DNA of 64,000 nt from Phallusia mammillata (taxonomy: Eukaryota): positions 13,950,001 through 14,014,000 of the forward strand of contig OZ281496.1 of the NCBI GenBank assembly GCA_965637545.1, in the 5' to 3' direction. The notes beneath the pieces are model-generated. The model did no database searches and had not been told where the DNA came from. It saw nothing but the letters and a program-made list of their open reading frames with translations. A program made the translations under genes and the position numbers. This document shows, in pieces, positions 1 to 12,351 of the stretch; positions within the stretch are counted from its first letter, which is position 1, and every line of letters begins with the position of its first letter.

Positions 1-59
1 CGGAAATTTAGCAAGGCGTCTGTTAGTTCACATTTGCTCCAGCAAAGGAAAGGAATTTC

Positions 60-1353
60 ATGTCCTGTTCGACAAGTACATATCTTCATCCCTTAAGGAA
101 AGTGAAAGAACATTACGTGGAGCCAATGATCAGTGAGCAGGCGCCTAAACAGAACTGCCAAAAGTTGCTGCAGAATGGCATATTTAAAGACCAATTGGCA
201 AAATTTCTTCTACTAGAGTGGCAGAAAGATCAATATGGATCCATCTTAGACAGCAAGACGCTGATTTTATCTCACGGAGGGCGGTGTGTACGAATCACAT
301 TCAACCAAATCAGTCGCAAGATGCATGTTGACTATCCGCATGACTTACAGGGCACACACGAGGAAGCAGACACCTTACTTGCGTTTCACGCTGCATATGT
401 TCCTGGGAATGTGTTGGTCCGAACCAGTGACACTGATGTCATTGCGATACTTGTTGGCATGTTTGGTCGCGCTTTAATGGGTGGAAGCCAACTGAAGTCG
501 ATAATAATAGATTGTGGTTCTGGAAACAAGCGCCGTTACATAGATATAAGCAGTGTGGTAAGGGCATTGGAGAACAAGCAACGTGGACTTTTTGCTGCGC
601 TTCCAGGTCTGCATGCCTTTACAGGCTGTGATTTTACAGCAGCTTTCTACAAAAAAGGAAAAACGAAACCATACGACATCTTGGAAAATGACAGCCATGG
701 ACAATTCATCAACTTCTTTTGCAACTTGTCGTCCAGGGACGAGCCATGCCGTCAGACAGCAGAAGAGTTTGTCTGCCACTTGTATGGCGTGAAACGGGTG
801 AAAGATGTGAATAAGGCAAGGCACATAAAGCTTGTGCAAATGACAGGAAAAATAAGCAAGGTGATAATCATCCGTTATAAATAAGAGTTTAAATTGTTGA
901 AAGTTTACGTACTTCGCTTAATTGTATATCTGTTTTTATGTATTGTGTACTCCTTAATTTGTGAAAAAGCAAATCTTGTTTCTCATTTTAGAAAAACCCA
1001 ATGGCCAACATTAAAAACGTTGACTGTGCCCTGTTACCACCTTGTTCCAAGACCCTTTGGATGAAGACGCAGCGTGCACATTATGTCAGCATCTCATCTG
1101 GGGAAATGCTGATAGTGCACAACCAGATCACGATTTGGATCCATTGGAATACGGATGGAAAAAAGAAAATGACCTTGATATGCCTGACTGGTTTCCTAAA
1201 TCAGTGTTGCCAGTTAATCTTTTTGAAGAGGTGACCGACAACAATGAAAACGACACCAATGAAAATGACACCAATGAAAACTACACCAATGAAAATGACA
1301 TAGGCTCTGGTCAAGAGTGGAGCGATGACTCCGACTGTGAATTTGAAATGTAG
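60..1353 (+). pseudogene. Academ-type transposase C-terminal XPG/PIN-like domain, two exons, frameshifted
   Basis: ORF 60-884 is joined in frame by a GT-AG intron (861-991) to KNPMANIKNVDCALLPPC. A frameshift near 1095 leads into IWGNAD...YGW...PDW and an acidic tail. Confidence 0.7.
1243..1300 (+). repeat. 15-bp coding minisatellite (NENDT x about 4)
   Basis: AATGAAAAYGACACC units translate to NENDTNENDTNENYTNENDI. Confidence 0.85.
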
Positions 1354-2416
1354 GCCTGTTGACATCATATCTTGTACATTTACAAAAATTTTCACTTTCT
1401 TTCATTTATCCCTTACAGCGTGCTTGATAAACTATGTTTCCGCTGGTATTTGAAATACCTAAGGTAGATTAGATTTGGAGAGGGGATGTATATTTAGTCG
1501 AACTTTAGATCTGTTACAGCCGAGGCAGTGTATATAGATGGTCTGTAACAGGTCGTTTGGGATTCCTTACAATGTTCTAGACCATTTGTCATTGGCTGCC
1601 TGTGGTATTTGCAATCTAAGTTAAGAGAGATGGGGGCGAGGGGGGGGGGGGTATCTAGTCGAACTTTAGGGAGTCTGATACTAGCGATGCGGTGGAACAG
1701 TAGTCTGTCGTATTCCAATTATCATTGTATAAACTCAACTTGTTCGTTTGGCATTAGTTGCGAGTGGTATCTCACTCGTTTATGCTACCCCCCTTTTTGG
1801 GCCCTTTGTGGGGGGTCTGGCGGGCCAAATGAGGCGGGAAAAATGTCTGTCGTTTGTGGAATTAGTATGAGGATCTAAATGGGCATCCCATGGCGGTGGA
1901 ATCAAGTGGTATTTCTCCAGTTTGTTTTGTACCCATTTTTTAGCAGCTTTCGGGGTCCCCCGGGGGAATACCCAGTGGGTGGTACCCGGCAGACACCCAT
2001 TTTCATTGACCTCTGGTGACCCTCAACACACTTGTACAGTCAGATATTGGTATCTAATTCGCATACCCAAATGTCGCTGGGCTGCCGGTCTAATATGCTT
2101 GTGTCAAATGCTGGCATGGAAAATAAATTTTCCATTATCGCATAGAATTGCGTACGAACCTAATATACCTTCAAAATGAAGTTTTTCAATAAAAGTGCTG
2201 CAAGGCGATTTGAAACCCTCCCTAAACCTTGCTGAAGTGACTTGCTCATAACCAAGGTCTTGTGACGTAAATTAATTGTTATTTTTGCAATAATGCCTTG
2301 TTGCGATAACAAAATTATAGGCCAATCACTGGTGCAATTTTCATAACAAGACAGATAATTGAGAAGGCAAGGGAACAACAAGTCCCATTGCACCTCAACT
2401 TATTCGACTTCTAGTC

Positions 2417-3244
2417 CGCCTTCGATACAATATGGAGGGAGGCGCTCTGGAAGATGCTTGTCCAAATCGGAATTCCCTTACAATATATCAGGATTATGAA
2501 AATGACACAAGATGTGCGGTCAACGCAAGAGGACAACTTACGGACTGGTTTCCAGTTAATGTGGGAGTGAGACAATGTTGCAATATGTCACCGAGTCTGT
2601 TCATTATATTCCTGGAGCATATAATGAAGGACATCAAAAGCCTGGACAAAGAGTTCAAACTGAAAGACGACATGTCAATTGACATAGTACGCAGATGTCA
2701 CTACGCTAATATCAACTGTGTTCGAAAAACTAATATTATCAACCATCGAACTCGAAAAAGCCTGCAGAAAATGGGACCTGAAGTTAAACCCTTCGAAATG
2801 CGCAATCATGTCTCCAGAACCCTATAACTTAGGTCATGTAAGGCTTTGGTTCTGAGTCGTGGACTCTCAGAGAACAAGAGAAGAGATCTGCTAGTGTTTG
2901 AAATAAAATGTCCCAAAACAGTCTTTAGAGTGACACGGAGGGACAGACCTAGCAATAAGCATGTTCGAAACACGCTGAGCATGACCGAAACCATAGAAGA
3001 TGTGGTGTCGGCAAGGAGACTTCGATGGTTCGGGCATGTTGCCAGCAGCAGTAAACTCATAAATTTCAGCTACAAGCAAGACTTTGGTAAAGCTAGGAGA
3101 AGCGGACGCCCAACAAAGAGATGGACAGACGCCACCAGGCCACAGTGTGGTGTTCCTCTTCTGATGCTAGAGAGGGATGCCATCAGAAGAAATAAACTCA
3201 CGTCCATCAAAGCGAGGGGACGCCAAGTCCTGAGCATAGATTGA
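2417..3244 (+). mobile_element. 5'-truncated, frameshifted RTE-clade LINE
   Basis: AFDTIWREALWKML, TDWFPVNVGVRQ.C.MSPSLF, a broken YAD region, LRWFGHV and RRSGRPTKRW are RTE ORF2 motifs. Confidence 0.8.
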
Positions 3245-3320
3245 TTAATAATGTAGATCTTTGTGGTAACACAGTAAAAAAATGTGACTCTTCTTTAACC
3301 GGTTGGCCACCCCTGCTCTA

Positions 3321-3450
3321 GGTGTACCACAAAGTTCTCAATTAGGTCCCCCTATCATTTATTATTTACGCAAATGACTTCGCTAATGGTCTAAAATTTG
3401 GATCGCCATTAATGTTTGCTGATGACACAACCATATATTATCAGCTAAAT
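3321..3450 (+). mobile_element. CR1/L2/Jockey-type LINE reverse transcriptase fragment
   Basis: Translates to GVPQSSQLGPLSFIIYANDF...LMFADDTTIY. Confidence 0.75.
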
Positions 3451-5219
3451 CCAAAAGCACACTGCGGTGCGAACAAGTAAATCTCAATATTAATAACTGG
3501 CTATCAGTAGTTTCCAAACTTTTTGTAGACACGGACCCCTTTTATAAGCTTTATACGCCAGCGAACCCCAAACGTAATTTTTCGTTTCTTGCATTATATG
3601 TTAATATATTTTTGGGCGACATTTCAATCAGCCGTTACAGTCCTTAAATCACAATGAAGTGTTGTAAAAGTAGCAACAAAGAGATACATTGCAGTGTTTA
3701 TTTTTCCAGACCCAAAATTCTGATAAACAGTCTGCACTTGTATTTGGTATAAACATAAAAGTGATCTGACCAAAGTACTGAAGGAAAACTCTTAAACTCT
3801 CAACCTAGGAGCTATTCCATCTTGAAACCTCCTTGTTAATGTATTAAGTAAAATATTAATACACTTCCAGATATATATTTAACAATTTCGTAAATAACCT
3901 AACATCGCAAACTTGTGCCAGCTCCTTAAAAGTTCTACCGCACAACACAAAGTCAGCAGTCAATTAGACATAGCATCGAGCGCAAGAATGTTCGCAAATC
4001 ACTTTACTCCATATCTTTTGCACTATATAGTCTTGATACCACTGATGTGAATTATGTAACTATCTTGTTATAATTATCAAAACACCTGTACTTTGTTCCT
4101 AAAAGCTACGCCGTAGGCAACCAAGGTTCTACAGTGCCAAACCACCTGCATGCGTTTTAAGTTGTTGATGACTGTACACTGATTGCATTTTAGCATTATT
4201 CACCGTCACTATAGTGCCACTTCTACTAACAGATTTTCCTGCATGATGTCACGCATACTGCAATTTTAACTGAATTTGCTGCAGATGTTTCCGCGGGCAG
4301 CTGTCATCGGCAAGCACCCTAAGACGCGATAACCCATAAATTCGTTTTGAATTTCTTTTTACTTTTTTATTTATTTATCGTTTTGTATTTTTGTGCCTTT
4401 TTTCGAGTAATGTATTAAAACTACATATTGTTTAATATCGTCACTACGTTTTGTGCTGCACCCTTTCTTCCGGTGCCTGAAACTATCCAACAGGGTTTCT
4501 TTGGGTAGTTTCTTTTTCTGTTGAACCCCACCCTCTTTCCCTAAAATGGGTGGTTAGCTTCTAGGTCCCAACTTGTCAATAAGTGCTTGGTACCCGTTAG
4601 GTCATCATGGTACAAAGACAGGATACGCGTATCGTACAAGTAATTGTGGCTCCCCCTTCCAAAACAGACACATATTATTTCGTCTGCTTTTTTGAAAAAA
4701 ATACACAGATGATATATATGACCCAACGGTAAACTTTGAAACTTCAGTTAACAACTCATGACCTTGCATTGTTGCTTGGTGTATCACTGAGTGCTCCAAA
4801 GTATTTTTTAACTTTTAGGTAAATTTAACCCGTTCTTTACCCCAAATGTTCTTCTTTTGTGTTGAAGGCCTTTTAGGTCAGAAATGCTACACCTAAACTT
4901 TAAACACTTGTTGTGAATATAATCACGCAAACGTCCCTAACTGTGACCTTCACTTTAACGTTTTAATGTTATGCAGCTCTTTCTGGCTTTGGGATTGCTT
5001 TACTATTTTGGTTACGCTATGCTTTCTTTTAACAAGCGAAATAACTTCTAGTTTCATCAAATTCCCATGGAAATCTGGAGTGTTAATTAGCAAACTGCTC
5101 ATTCCAACTTGCGTTAAACTTTGCTTATTCAACTTGCGTTATCTCAATAAATTGAGACTTTTTTTCACAAATGTCGGATAAAATGTATTTGCTTGTAGGA
5201 TCAAAATATGACAACACTT

Positions 5220-7550
5220 TTTCACAAACAAAATGCATTGAAATGTCCATTCATGGTAATCTTCACGCAACTTTTGTTGTAGTGTAGACGATGAGATTTC
5301 TTAATAATGTGCGCCGACATGTGCCTTTAAAACTACTCTTTAACTGTATGGATCAACATGTGTCTTTTCAGAACTCCTCTTCGGGCAAAGCTTTTTGCAC
5401 AAACATCGCATCGATGAGGTTTCTCTCCGGTGTGCGTCAACATGTGTGATTTCAAATGCCCACCTCTTGCAAAGTTTTTTTCACAAACTTTACATCGGTG
5501 AGGTTTCTCATTAATGTGTAGTAACATGTGTCTTTTTAAATCTCCAGCTTGGGCAAATCTTTTTTTACAAATTAGACATAGATGAGGTTTTTCTTTGGTA
5601 TGTGTCAACATATGTCTTTTCAAACCTCCACCTTTGGCAAATCCTTTTTTACAAATAAGACATAGATGAGGTTTCTCTCTGGTGTGTGCGTGTGTCAACA
5701 TGTGTGTTTTTAAATTTCCACCTTGGACAAAGCTTTTTTCACAAAGTTCACATCGATAAGGTTTTTCATTGGTGTGTGTCAACATATGTATCTTTAAATG
5801 ACTACCTTCACCAAATCGTTTTTCACAAACGTCACATCGATAAGGTTTTTCGTTGGTATGTGTCATCATGTGTCTTTTCAAATGTGAACCCAAAGCAAAT
5901 CTTTTCTGACAAATATGACATTGATGGGGTTTCTCCTTAGTATGTGTCAACATGTGTCTTTTTAAATGTCCACTTTGGATAAATCTTTTCTCACAAACAT
6001 GACATTGATGGGGTTTCTCTTTAGTATGTGTCAACATGTGTCTTTTCAAATGTCCACTTCGGCTAAAACTTTTTTCACAAACATCGCATCGATAAGTTTT
6101 CTTCCCAGTATTATAATTTGACTTCTGTGTTTCCAAATGTCCATCTTTATTAAACTTTTTTCTGCTAGTTTGTTGGATTTTCATCTTATTAGTTAAACAA
6201 CTAAATATTGAAATCTAATGTTTAAAACAAGATAACAGTTTACTCTCTCGTCAAAATAATTTACCCAGTGTTTCCACTGCCCACAACACAATCGTCCTTA
6301 TAGCACCAAACATGGTGATAAAAAGTGTAGTTTAGTATAGAGGGGACAACTTATATCCATTAGAACGCTTTAACCAGTGAAATCTCCATCTAAGCACCAA
6401 GATATTGGCAACAATGTGGACGGCACGCTGTCTACATACTGTCTTTGCCTCACTAAAACAGCAAGAATCGTATTCACGGTAGAGTTGCAAAGCAAAACCC
6501 GGACTTACTTTAATGGGTAGACTTTCTACGTGCGTGTACCACAAGCCGACGAGCATTACGCATGATCTACAGTTAACATTTTAAACCCTCTCTATCTCAA
6601 AAGATATAACTGTGCTAAACACACTAAGAGGGCAGGCAATCCGTTTGACAATAGACTAGGTTGAACGGCTACCCTATTTTGATGTGAGACAGTTTATCTA
6701 AACAGATCCAGGCGGTGGGACTTCGATGCTGTCGCACACAGAAAAAAATGCGACAAGGGGCGTAGTATATGCTATACCGTTCGGTGAGTGCGACGAATTC
6801 ACACTACCGGAACGGTTAAATAGGCGCAGCAGAGAGCACGAAAGGAATTAATGCTCAGAAGTAATTTACATTTCTCCTATTTGGCAATCAACCGTCCCGT
6901 TACATCGTCGCACTCACCGACAGCATCCGTAGGTTTTTGAAATAGCACATTAAAAAATAGACGTATAGCAATAAAAAGTCTGTTTAACATTTATGTTGCT
7001 GTCCTGCAAGTGGAAATTTCTTGCTTGTGATGATACTAAGCTTGTTTCGCCAACACTGTAACAGCAAAAAAAACTATCGTGCTACTCTGTATCAACTGCT
7101 GCATTTAGTTCCCCTCGATGTTTCAACGCCACTGCTGATGTCGTGAAAATGTTGCTAATGCTACTGACCGCTAAAGCATCAGTCATATTCCTTAAAGGCT
7201 TAAATGATGTAATAAAAAGTCCGGTGCAGAAACTGGTGATGCGAAAACAAAAAAACATCTCTTTAGCATCCATTTTTTTCTCCTATACAGTGGTGCAAGA
7301 CAACTGATAAGATGACAAAAATGCGATTGTTTGCTCGTCGCAGAGCAAAAAGATTTAGAGTGGGTATCAACGAATTAGTAAAAAGGTAGATCAAACACAT
7401 AACGTTGCAGGCAAACATCCCCTGCAGGATGTAACACTCCACATGCCTGCCGCACATTTCTCGCTAGTTTGGTTTTCCCTTTCATGTTTGCGTCGGTAAG
7501 TTGTTTGCCATTTAATACTGATATTTTTGAAACGTTTTAAAACAATCGGT
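5220..7550. repeat. Segmental paralog of about 58510-60825 (ZNF gene plus 3' UTR and about 1.3 kb of upstream DNA)
   Basis: Collinear shared blocks, e.g. TTAGTTAAACAACTAAA, GACGAATTCACACTA, AATCAACCGTCCCG, ATGTTGCTGTCCTGC.AGTGGAAAT, AAAAGATTTAGA, TTAATACTGAT. Confidence 0.85.
5333..6184 (-). CDS. Tandem C2H2 zinc-finger protein A (9 fingers, 283 aa, single coding exon)
   Basis: Nine CxxC-x12-HxxxH units with TKEKP/TNEKP linkers, an ATG start and an open frame. Confidence 0.9.
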   Translation of the reverse strand: MKIQQTSRKKFNKDGHLETQKSNYNTGKKTYRCDVCEKSFSRSGHLKRHMLTHTKEKPHQCHVCEKRFIQSGHLKRHMLTHTKEKPHQCHICQKRFALGSHLKRHMMTHTNEKPYRCDVCEKRFGEGSHLKIHMLTHTNEKPYRCELCEKSFVQGGNLKTHMLTHAHTREKPHLCLICKKGFAKGGGLKRHMLTHTKEKPHLCLICKKRFAQAGDLKRHMLLHINEKPHRCKVCEKNFARGGHLKSHMLTHTGEKPHRCDVCAKSFARRGVLKRHMLIHTVKE

Positions 7551-9020
7551 GGTAAACATTATACAGCACGTTTTTGATCACAGGAAGTTTTTAAATATCA
7601 GAGTTGTTCTACGCATATAACACACATTAGGGGATTATTAGAGAATGTATTGCTAAAAATCTGAACGGATTTCTAAAGGTTACGGGGTATTGGTCAGACA
7701 AGACTACACAATGCCGTGTCGCTTTCATGTGTCACTTGCTGTAATGTTGACTGGCTGTTGCGACCTATTACCTAAGAATTTATTCGATTAAAGTGTGAGC
7801 TAATCGGACTGTCAAGTGAGTATTGCTACGTATTAAAATAGGTCGCTCGTGAGTTCTATTTTTTTGTAATAAGTCTTATCTTTCTCAGTTGCCTATCCTG
7901 AAGTAAAGAGCAACGCCACTGCATTTTATATGATTAGAATTATATTTAACAAAAGACCGGATCAGAAATTTAGCAAAGAGACACGAAATTCAGCTTACTA
8001 CTACGTAAACGAGAAATGCACAGTGGAGTTTGACTCCAATTCTTACAGTTCATATATACTGAAAACGAGAGAGCGATATTTGAAAAAAGAGAGAGAAAGG
8101 CATTACTCGAGTGAAGAAGTTCCCAGTTACACTTGAATTGGCACCGATAATTCGACTTTAGTTAGCAGTTCTTGCGAATCATAAAACATTGCGTACAATC
8201 CAAATATTACGAAATCGCGTTTTGAAAGACGTTGATCTAAAAACAAAGGACCATTCACCTAGAGATGCTGAATGGACAAATGCTCTTTACTACATATCCG
8301 ATTATAAAAGGGATGAGGGTTCCGAGTGTTCATGGCGTTTGTGGCTATTTGTGTGACCAAGTTCTTGTTGCTTATTTCAAACGACGTAACATTGGCACTG
8401 TGTATGAAAATATCGAAGCTTTAACCCTTGAGGAAGACAGGCACAGTCAAACTAGTTCCAATTAGTGGGAGCCATTGTTTTCCTTGCGACGAAACAGACG
8501 CAAAACATCTCGTAACATCTTATCAATTTTCTGGTACCTCTAGCAATAGAAAAAGAAACTCTTGAGGCTAAAAGGGTGTCTGTTGTTTTGCACCACCAGT
8601 TTCTGTACCCGATCTGTTACAAATCACACTCAATCACTATCAGCATTCTTACAGATGGAATGAAGGCAGCAGTTGATTGTAGTAATAAAAGACACAAGAC
8701 ATTTGTTGCATATCAGATGTAGTGAATGTTAGCAAACGTGCACAACCAAAAACTATTGTTCAGGCTGTGAACATTGGGCAATAATATTTAAATGTGTTTT
8801 TTTCTTGCTTTTTGAGGTATAGTGAGTTATATGGAGACCTAAAAGATTGATTGTTCAAAAAGTTTGCAGGATCATAATGGCACACTTGGAAATGAAATCG
8901 AGGTGTTAAGGTTTCTCCTCTTTGAAATACAAACGTCATTCTGACAATAAAAACTCAACTGATTTTAAAAGAAAATAAGCTAATCAGTTCGAACGACCAC
9001 AGTTGATTCACACTGTATAG

Positions 9021-9197
9021 AAACCACATAGATGTGATGTTTGTGAGAAAGTATTTGAGCGCTACGGAAACTTGAAAAGACATATCTTCACTCACACCAA
9101 AGAGAAACCCTATAGATGTGATGTTTGTGAGAACGTATTTGGACGCTATGGAAATTTGGAGACATATGTTGACTCACACCAAAGAAAAACCCTATAG
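9021..9197 (+). pseudogene. C2H2 zinc-finger fragment (2 fingers, frameshift, truncated)
   Basis: KPHRCDVCEKVFERYGNLKRHIFTHTKEKPYRCDVCENVFGRYGNL, then a frameshift, ending at KPYR. Confidence 0.85.
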
Positions 9198-9199
9198 AA

Positions 9200-9420
9200 A
9201 CTGCATTTGACGTAATTTTGAACGTTTCTTCTTCACGTTGCAACAAGCAGATGTGACGTAAAATTCACGTTTATCTCTGACGTCAAATTTCACTTGTGTA
9301 CAACTGTTTTCGACGTCAGTTTAAACGTTTTTTCTCCGTCATTGACAAGTAAACTACATTTACAATGTTATTTGCAAGTTTTAAACTGAAACGTCACTTT
9401 CAAATTGCATGTTTCTAAAA
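9200..9420. repeat. GACGT-motif cluster, probably a non-autonomous DNA-transposon remnant
   Basis: Repeated TGACGT/GACGTC/AACGT words begin where the ZNF fragment stops. Confidence 0.35.
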
Positions 9421-10169
9421 TTGATTTTTCTGTGCATTTACCAACTTTTTGACGGCCTTTCTTGTTAATGTATTCCTTGTACAATCTTGGCGTGAAAGGG
9501 GTCTCGAGTCCGACTTAAGTCACCATATTCGAAGAGTTGACTTGATTCTCAGCTGTGAAAAGACTTCCAAATACCTGTACACATAATGCATTCACAAGTG
9601 TTGTACATGGGATGTTCATTATATGTATCACTACATCACAACATGTAAAATTTTGAAACACAGTTCACAGAAGTTAAGCACCATTCCAAAGGAACTTTGC
9701 ACTGATTCTTCTGTATTTGTTGTCCATTTATGAGGCTAAATCCTCCCAACATTTGACAAATATAAATGCAGTTGATGACCAAATACAATCAAAATATAGG
9801 TCAGCTACCATAAACTTCCAGGGTCAAAAGGATTCTACAACAGTTCTTTTCGTGATAAATAACTGCTGTCACCACTAATAGTAGCTAAACTGACTGATAC
9901 AGCAATATTCAAGCAAACCAAGGCAAATTCACTACCCCCAACTACCCACTTTCAAGCCCAATTTAGCTGAACACATATCATATTTTAAACAAAGATCGCC
10001 GCAACACGCGTGCGAAGCCCTGAATTCAACTCCAAACAGCTGTCTGTGAATCAACCAAGCGTAAAATAATATAAAACGGCTCAAACCAAAAACGAATTTT
10101 TACTTTCTCCTTACTGTAGTTAATTGTTTTCAAATACTAACATATCATTTTTTTTGAATAAATTGAATC

Positions 10170-10294
10170 CAACATGCATAAGCTTTCAAACGCACCCCAG
10201 TTGGAAAAAATATTCGCACTGATATGATTTTTATCGCTGTGTACAACGAGGCATGTCTCGGGGCGCATTTATGCGCTCCCCGCAGTTAAAGGGT
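10170..10294 (-). mobile_element. piggyBac-like non-autonomous element end
   Basis: The minus strand reads TCAA|CCCTTTAACTGCGGGGAGCGCATAAATGCGCCCC, a CCC-type terminus at a TTAA-like site. The other end was not found. Confidence 0.5.
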
Positions 10295-10296
10295 TG

Positions 10297-10680
10297 AAAA
10301 AGAAGCCTTTTCTATTTCGATATATTTCTACATTTTCTTCCCCAGGTGAGGCAATCGAAATATGGGAACAATCAATTGCTCCAATAACAATGGGAAAACC
10401 TGCTACTGCATGAAATATCACCTTTACGTCTGGCATTTCGTCATTTGATGGAAAGTGAATGAATAATTTGTGTTGTTTAGCAATTGCTCTTGACACTCTG
10501 TGAATAATCCGACATGAAGATGATTGACTGATGCCTATGAGATCTCCATCGTTTTTTGTTTTTTTTTAAACTGTCCAGTTGCAAAAAATCGTAATGCTGT
10601 ACAGATCTGCAAAATAGGTGGAATGTAGTTGTTTTTGGTTGTTGCACAGACAAGGTCATCTTCAATTAAACTCAATAGCT
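10297..10680 (-). pseudogene. Harbinger/PIF (HARBI1-like, DDE_Tnp_4) transposase remnant
   Basis: QICTALRFFATGQF followed, after a frameshift, by AGFPIVIGAIDCSHISI..P...YRNRKGFF. Confidence 0.85.
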
Positions 10681-11039
10681 GAAGTACATTTTCTTTGCTA
10701 AACCGAAATCGGCTAAAAATTCTACATCATCAAACTTCTCAATTGGATTGATCTGTCTCTTATGATTTTTTTCAACAGTCTTGTGGTTTCTGTGACATTA
10801 TTGTCTACACTTTCTATCACATCCATTTTACTGCTTTGAAATATAAATATCTGCAGTGAGGCAAGTTGGAGAGTGGTGATTTTTAAAAATCAGATTTAAG
10901 TATTATTTTTACATTTTTTAATTAATATACACAAATAAAGCTTAATTAAACACAAAACCTACTTTTTATCCCGGTTAAAATACCCAAACAACCCAGAATT
11001 CAACTTAATCAACCTTAAGCCTGGGGTAGGGCAGGATTA

Positions 11040-11153
11040 AAATTTTGCCTATTTAATCCGAGATTAAAATTTAATCTAGGTTCGTGAATACGGATCCCTC
11101 ACTTAATCTAGGATTACGGTAATCTAGGTTTAATCCGACTTGGTGAATTCCAC
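11040..11153 (-). repeat. Harbinger-like terminal/subterminal motifs
   Basis: Two same-orientation motifs, GGATCCGTATTCACGAACCTAGATTAA and TTA|GAGTGGAATTCACCAAGTCGGATTAAACCTAGATTA, lie upstream of the transposase. The outer one abuts a TTA/TAA trinucleotide. Confidence 0.45.
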
Positions 11154-11169
11154 TCTAAAGGTACTGCAA

Positions 11170-11857
11170 AAAAAACATTATATATAGTACAAATAAACCT
11201 TGCAATTGGATTTGTTGAATTGTTGTCTGCCAGTGAGGGATATCGCTTTACAAGGTCCAAACAAATCAACATATATTTAAGTGGGGATGGGACATACATA
11301 ACTTTTCTTTTCATTGCTACAACAACATGTCAAAGACCTGCATGTCGTTGGCACTTAAAAGTAGCAAACATGACTTGTACTATCTTGTTTCTTACTGCTT
11401 TTGTAAGAGGTTTGCCTTCAGCAATCACGTTTTTTTTATGTACAATGGTAGAGGCGGCAACTTAAGTTTTGCAACCCATGTTAACTCTTTATCTTCAAGT
11501 TGAACATGATTCATATCACTACTACTGGATGCAGCTTCACTCTTGGTACCCAGTATCACCTTCTGCATAATATCCACATAAATTTGTTTAGTTGTTTACA
11601 CTAGAGATCATTTTTATCATGGCATAAAGTAAGACTGTGTGTTCACCTGATTCTTGCAGTAGCAATTTTACATTATCAGGTACATTTTTACCATCTATGA
11701 CTTCATGCCAGTCCTCGAAACCCTTGTCATACACTTGAAGATATACTGCTTTATTAAGATTAAATGTACTTAACAGTTTGTCAAATAAACATTCTTTGTC
11801 TGTCACGCTGACCATTAGTTTTTTGTATTTATAAGTTACGTGATACTTGAATTCCAA
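11170..11857 (-). pseudogene. Decayed gene resembling transposon accessory (SAMD3-like/PB1-like) proteins
   Basis: YLQVYDKGFEDWHEV...KLLLQ and YVPSPLKYMLICLDLVKRYPSLAD resemble motifs of this family. The frame is interrupted. Confidence 0.35.
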
Positions 11858-12351
11858 GTCCTTAACATAATCTGCAAAACACTACACACTTTGTCAATTA
11901 TAATTACACAAAGGCAAACCAATAATATTATAAAACTTCTCTTCCTCACTTTGAACAACATTTTTTGGGTTGTAATCTTAACAACATAACATTGAATGTG
12001 AGTCTGGAAACATATATCATTCAAGTTTCAAAGAATAACGACAAATATTTGTTTTACTACTTGTCACAATAATTTTGTAAACTTTACCAAACACTCGTCT
12101 GTCATCAATTGTATCAACAACAGTAAAAACTCCACACACAACAAATCACATAACTGAAAAACATTTAACTTTACGATGAGGAATCCTCCCAAACTTGGCT
12201 GTTTGACCAATCACAGCACCACATTTTCGATTTCGCAAAGCAAGCACGTGCAGAGGACTGAACGTACATCCGGGAGATTGTCATACAAATCAGTAAGAAA
12301 ACCAAACTTGCTTGTTATCGTTCCGTTTACTAAAAGTTATATAATTTTTAC

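Larger units (their letters stand above)
1..1683 (+). mobile_element. 3' part of an AcademX-like DNA transposon (left part outside the window)
   Basis: Encodes an XPG/FEN-like nuclease region (HEEADT, DTDV, GCDF..GK, LPP..RA..W, YGW). A short 3' flank ends in GAGTCTGATACTA at 1683, with TAGTCGAACTTTAG at about 1495 and 1656. The terminus is inferred because the other end is not visible. Confidence 0.6.

Noticed and set aside
1632-1651. G-run as a functional G-quadruplex
   Set aside because: It is a homopolymer-like tract inside a transposon end, with nothing indicating function.
7930-8465. Short ORFs that look coding
   Set aside because: No recognisable motif or consistent splice structure.
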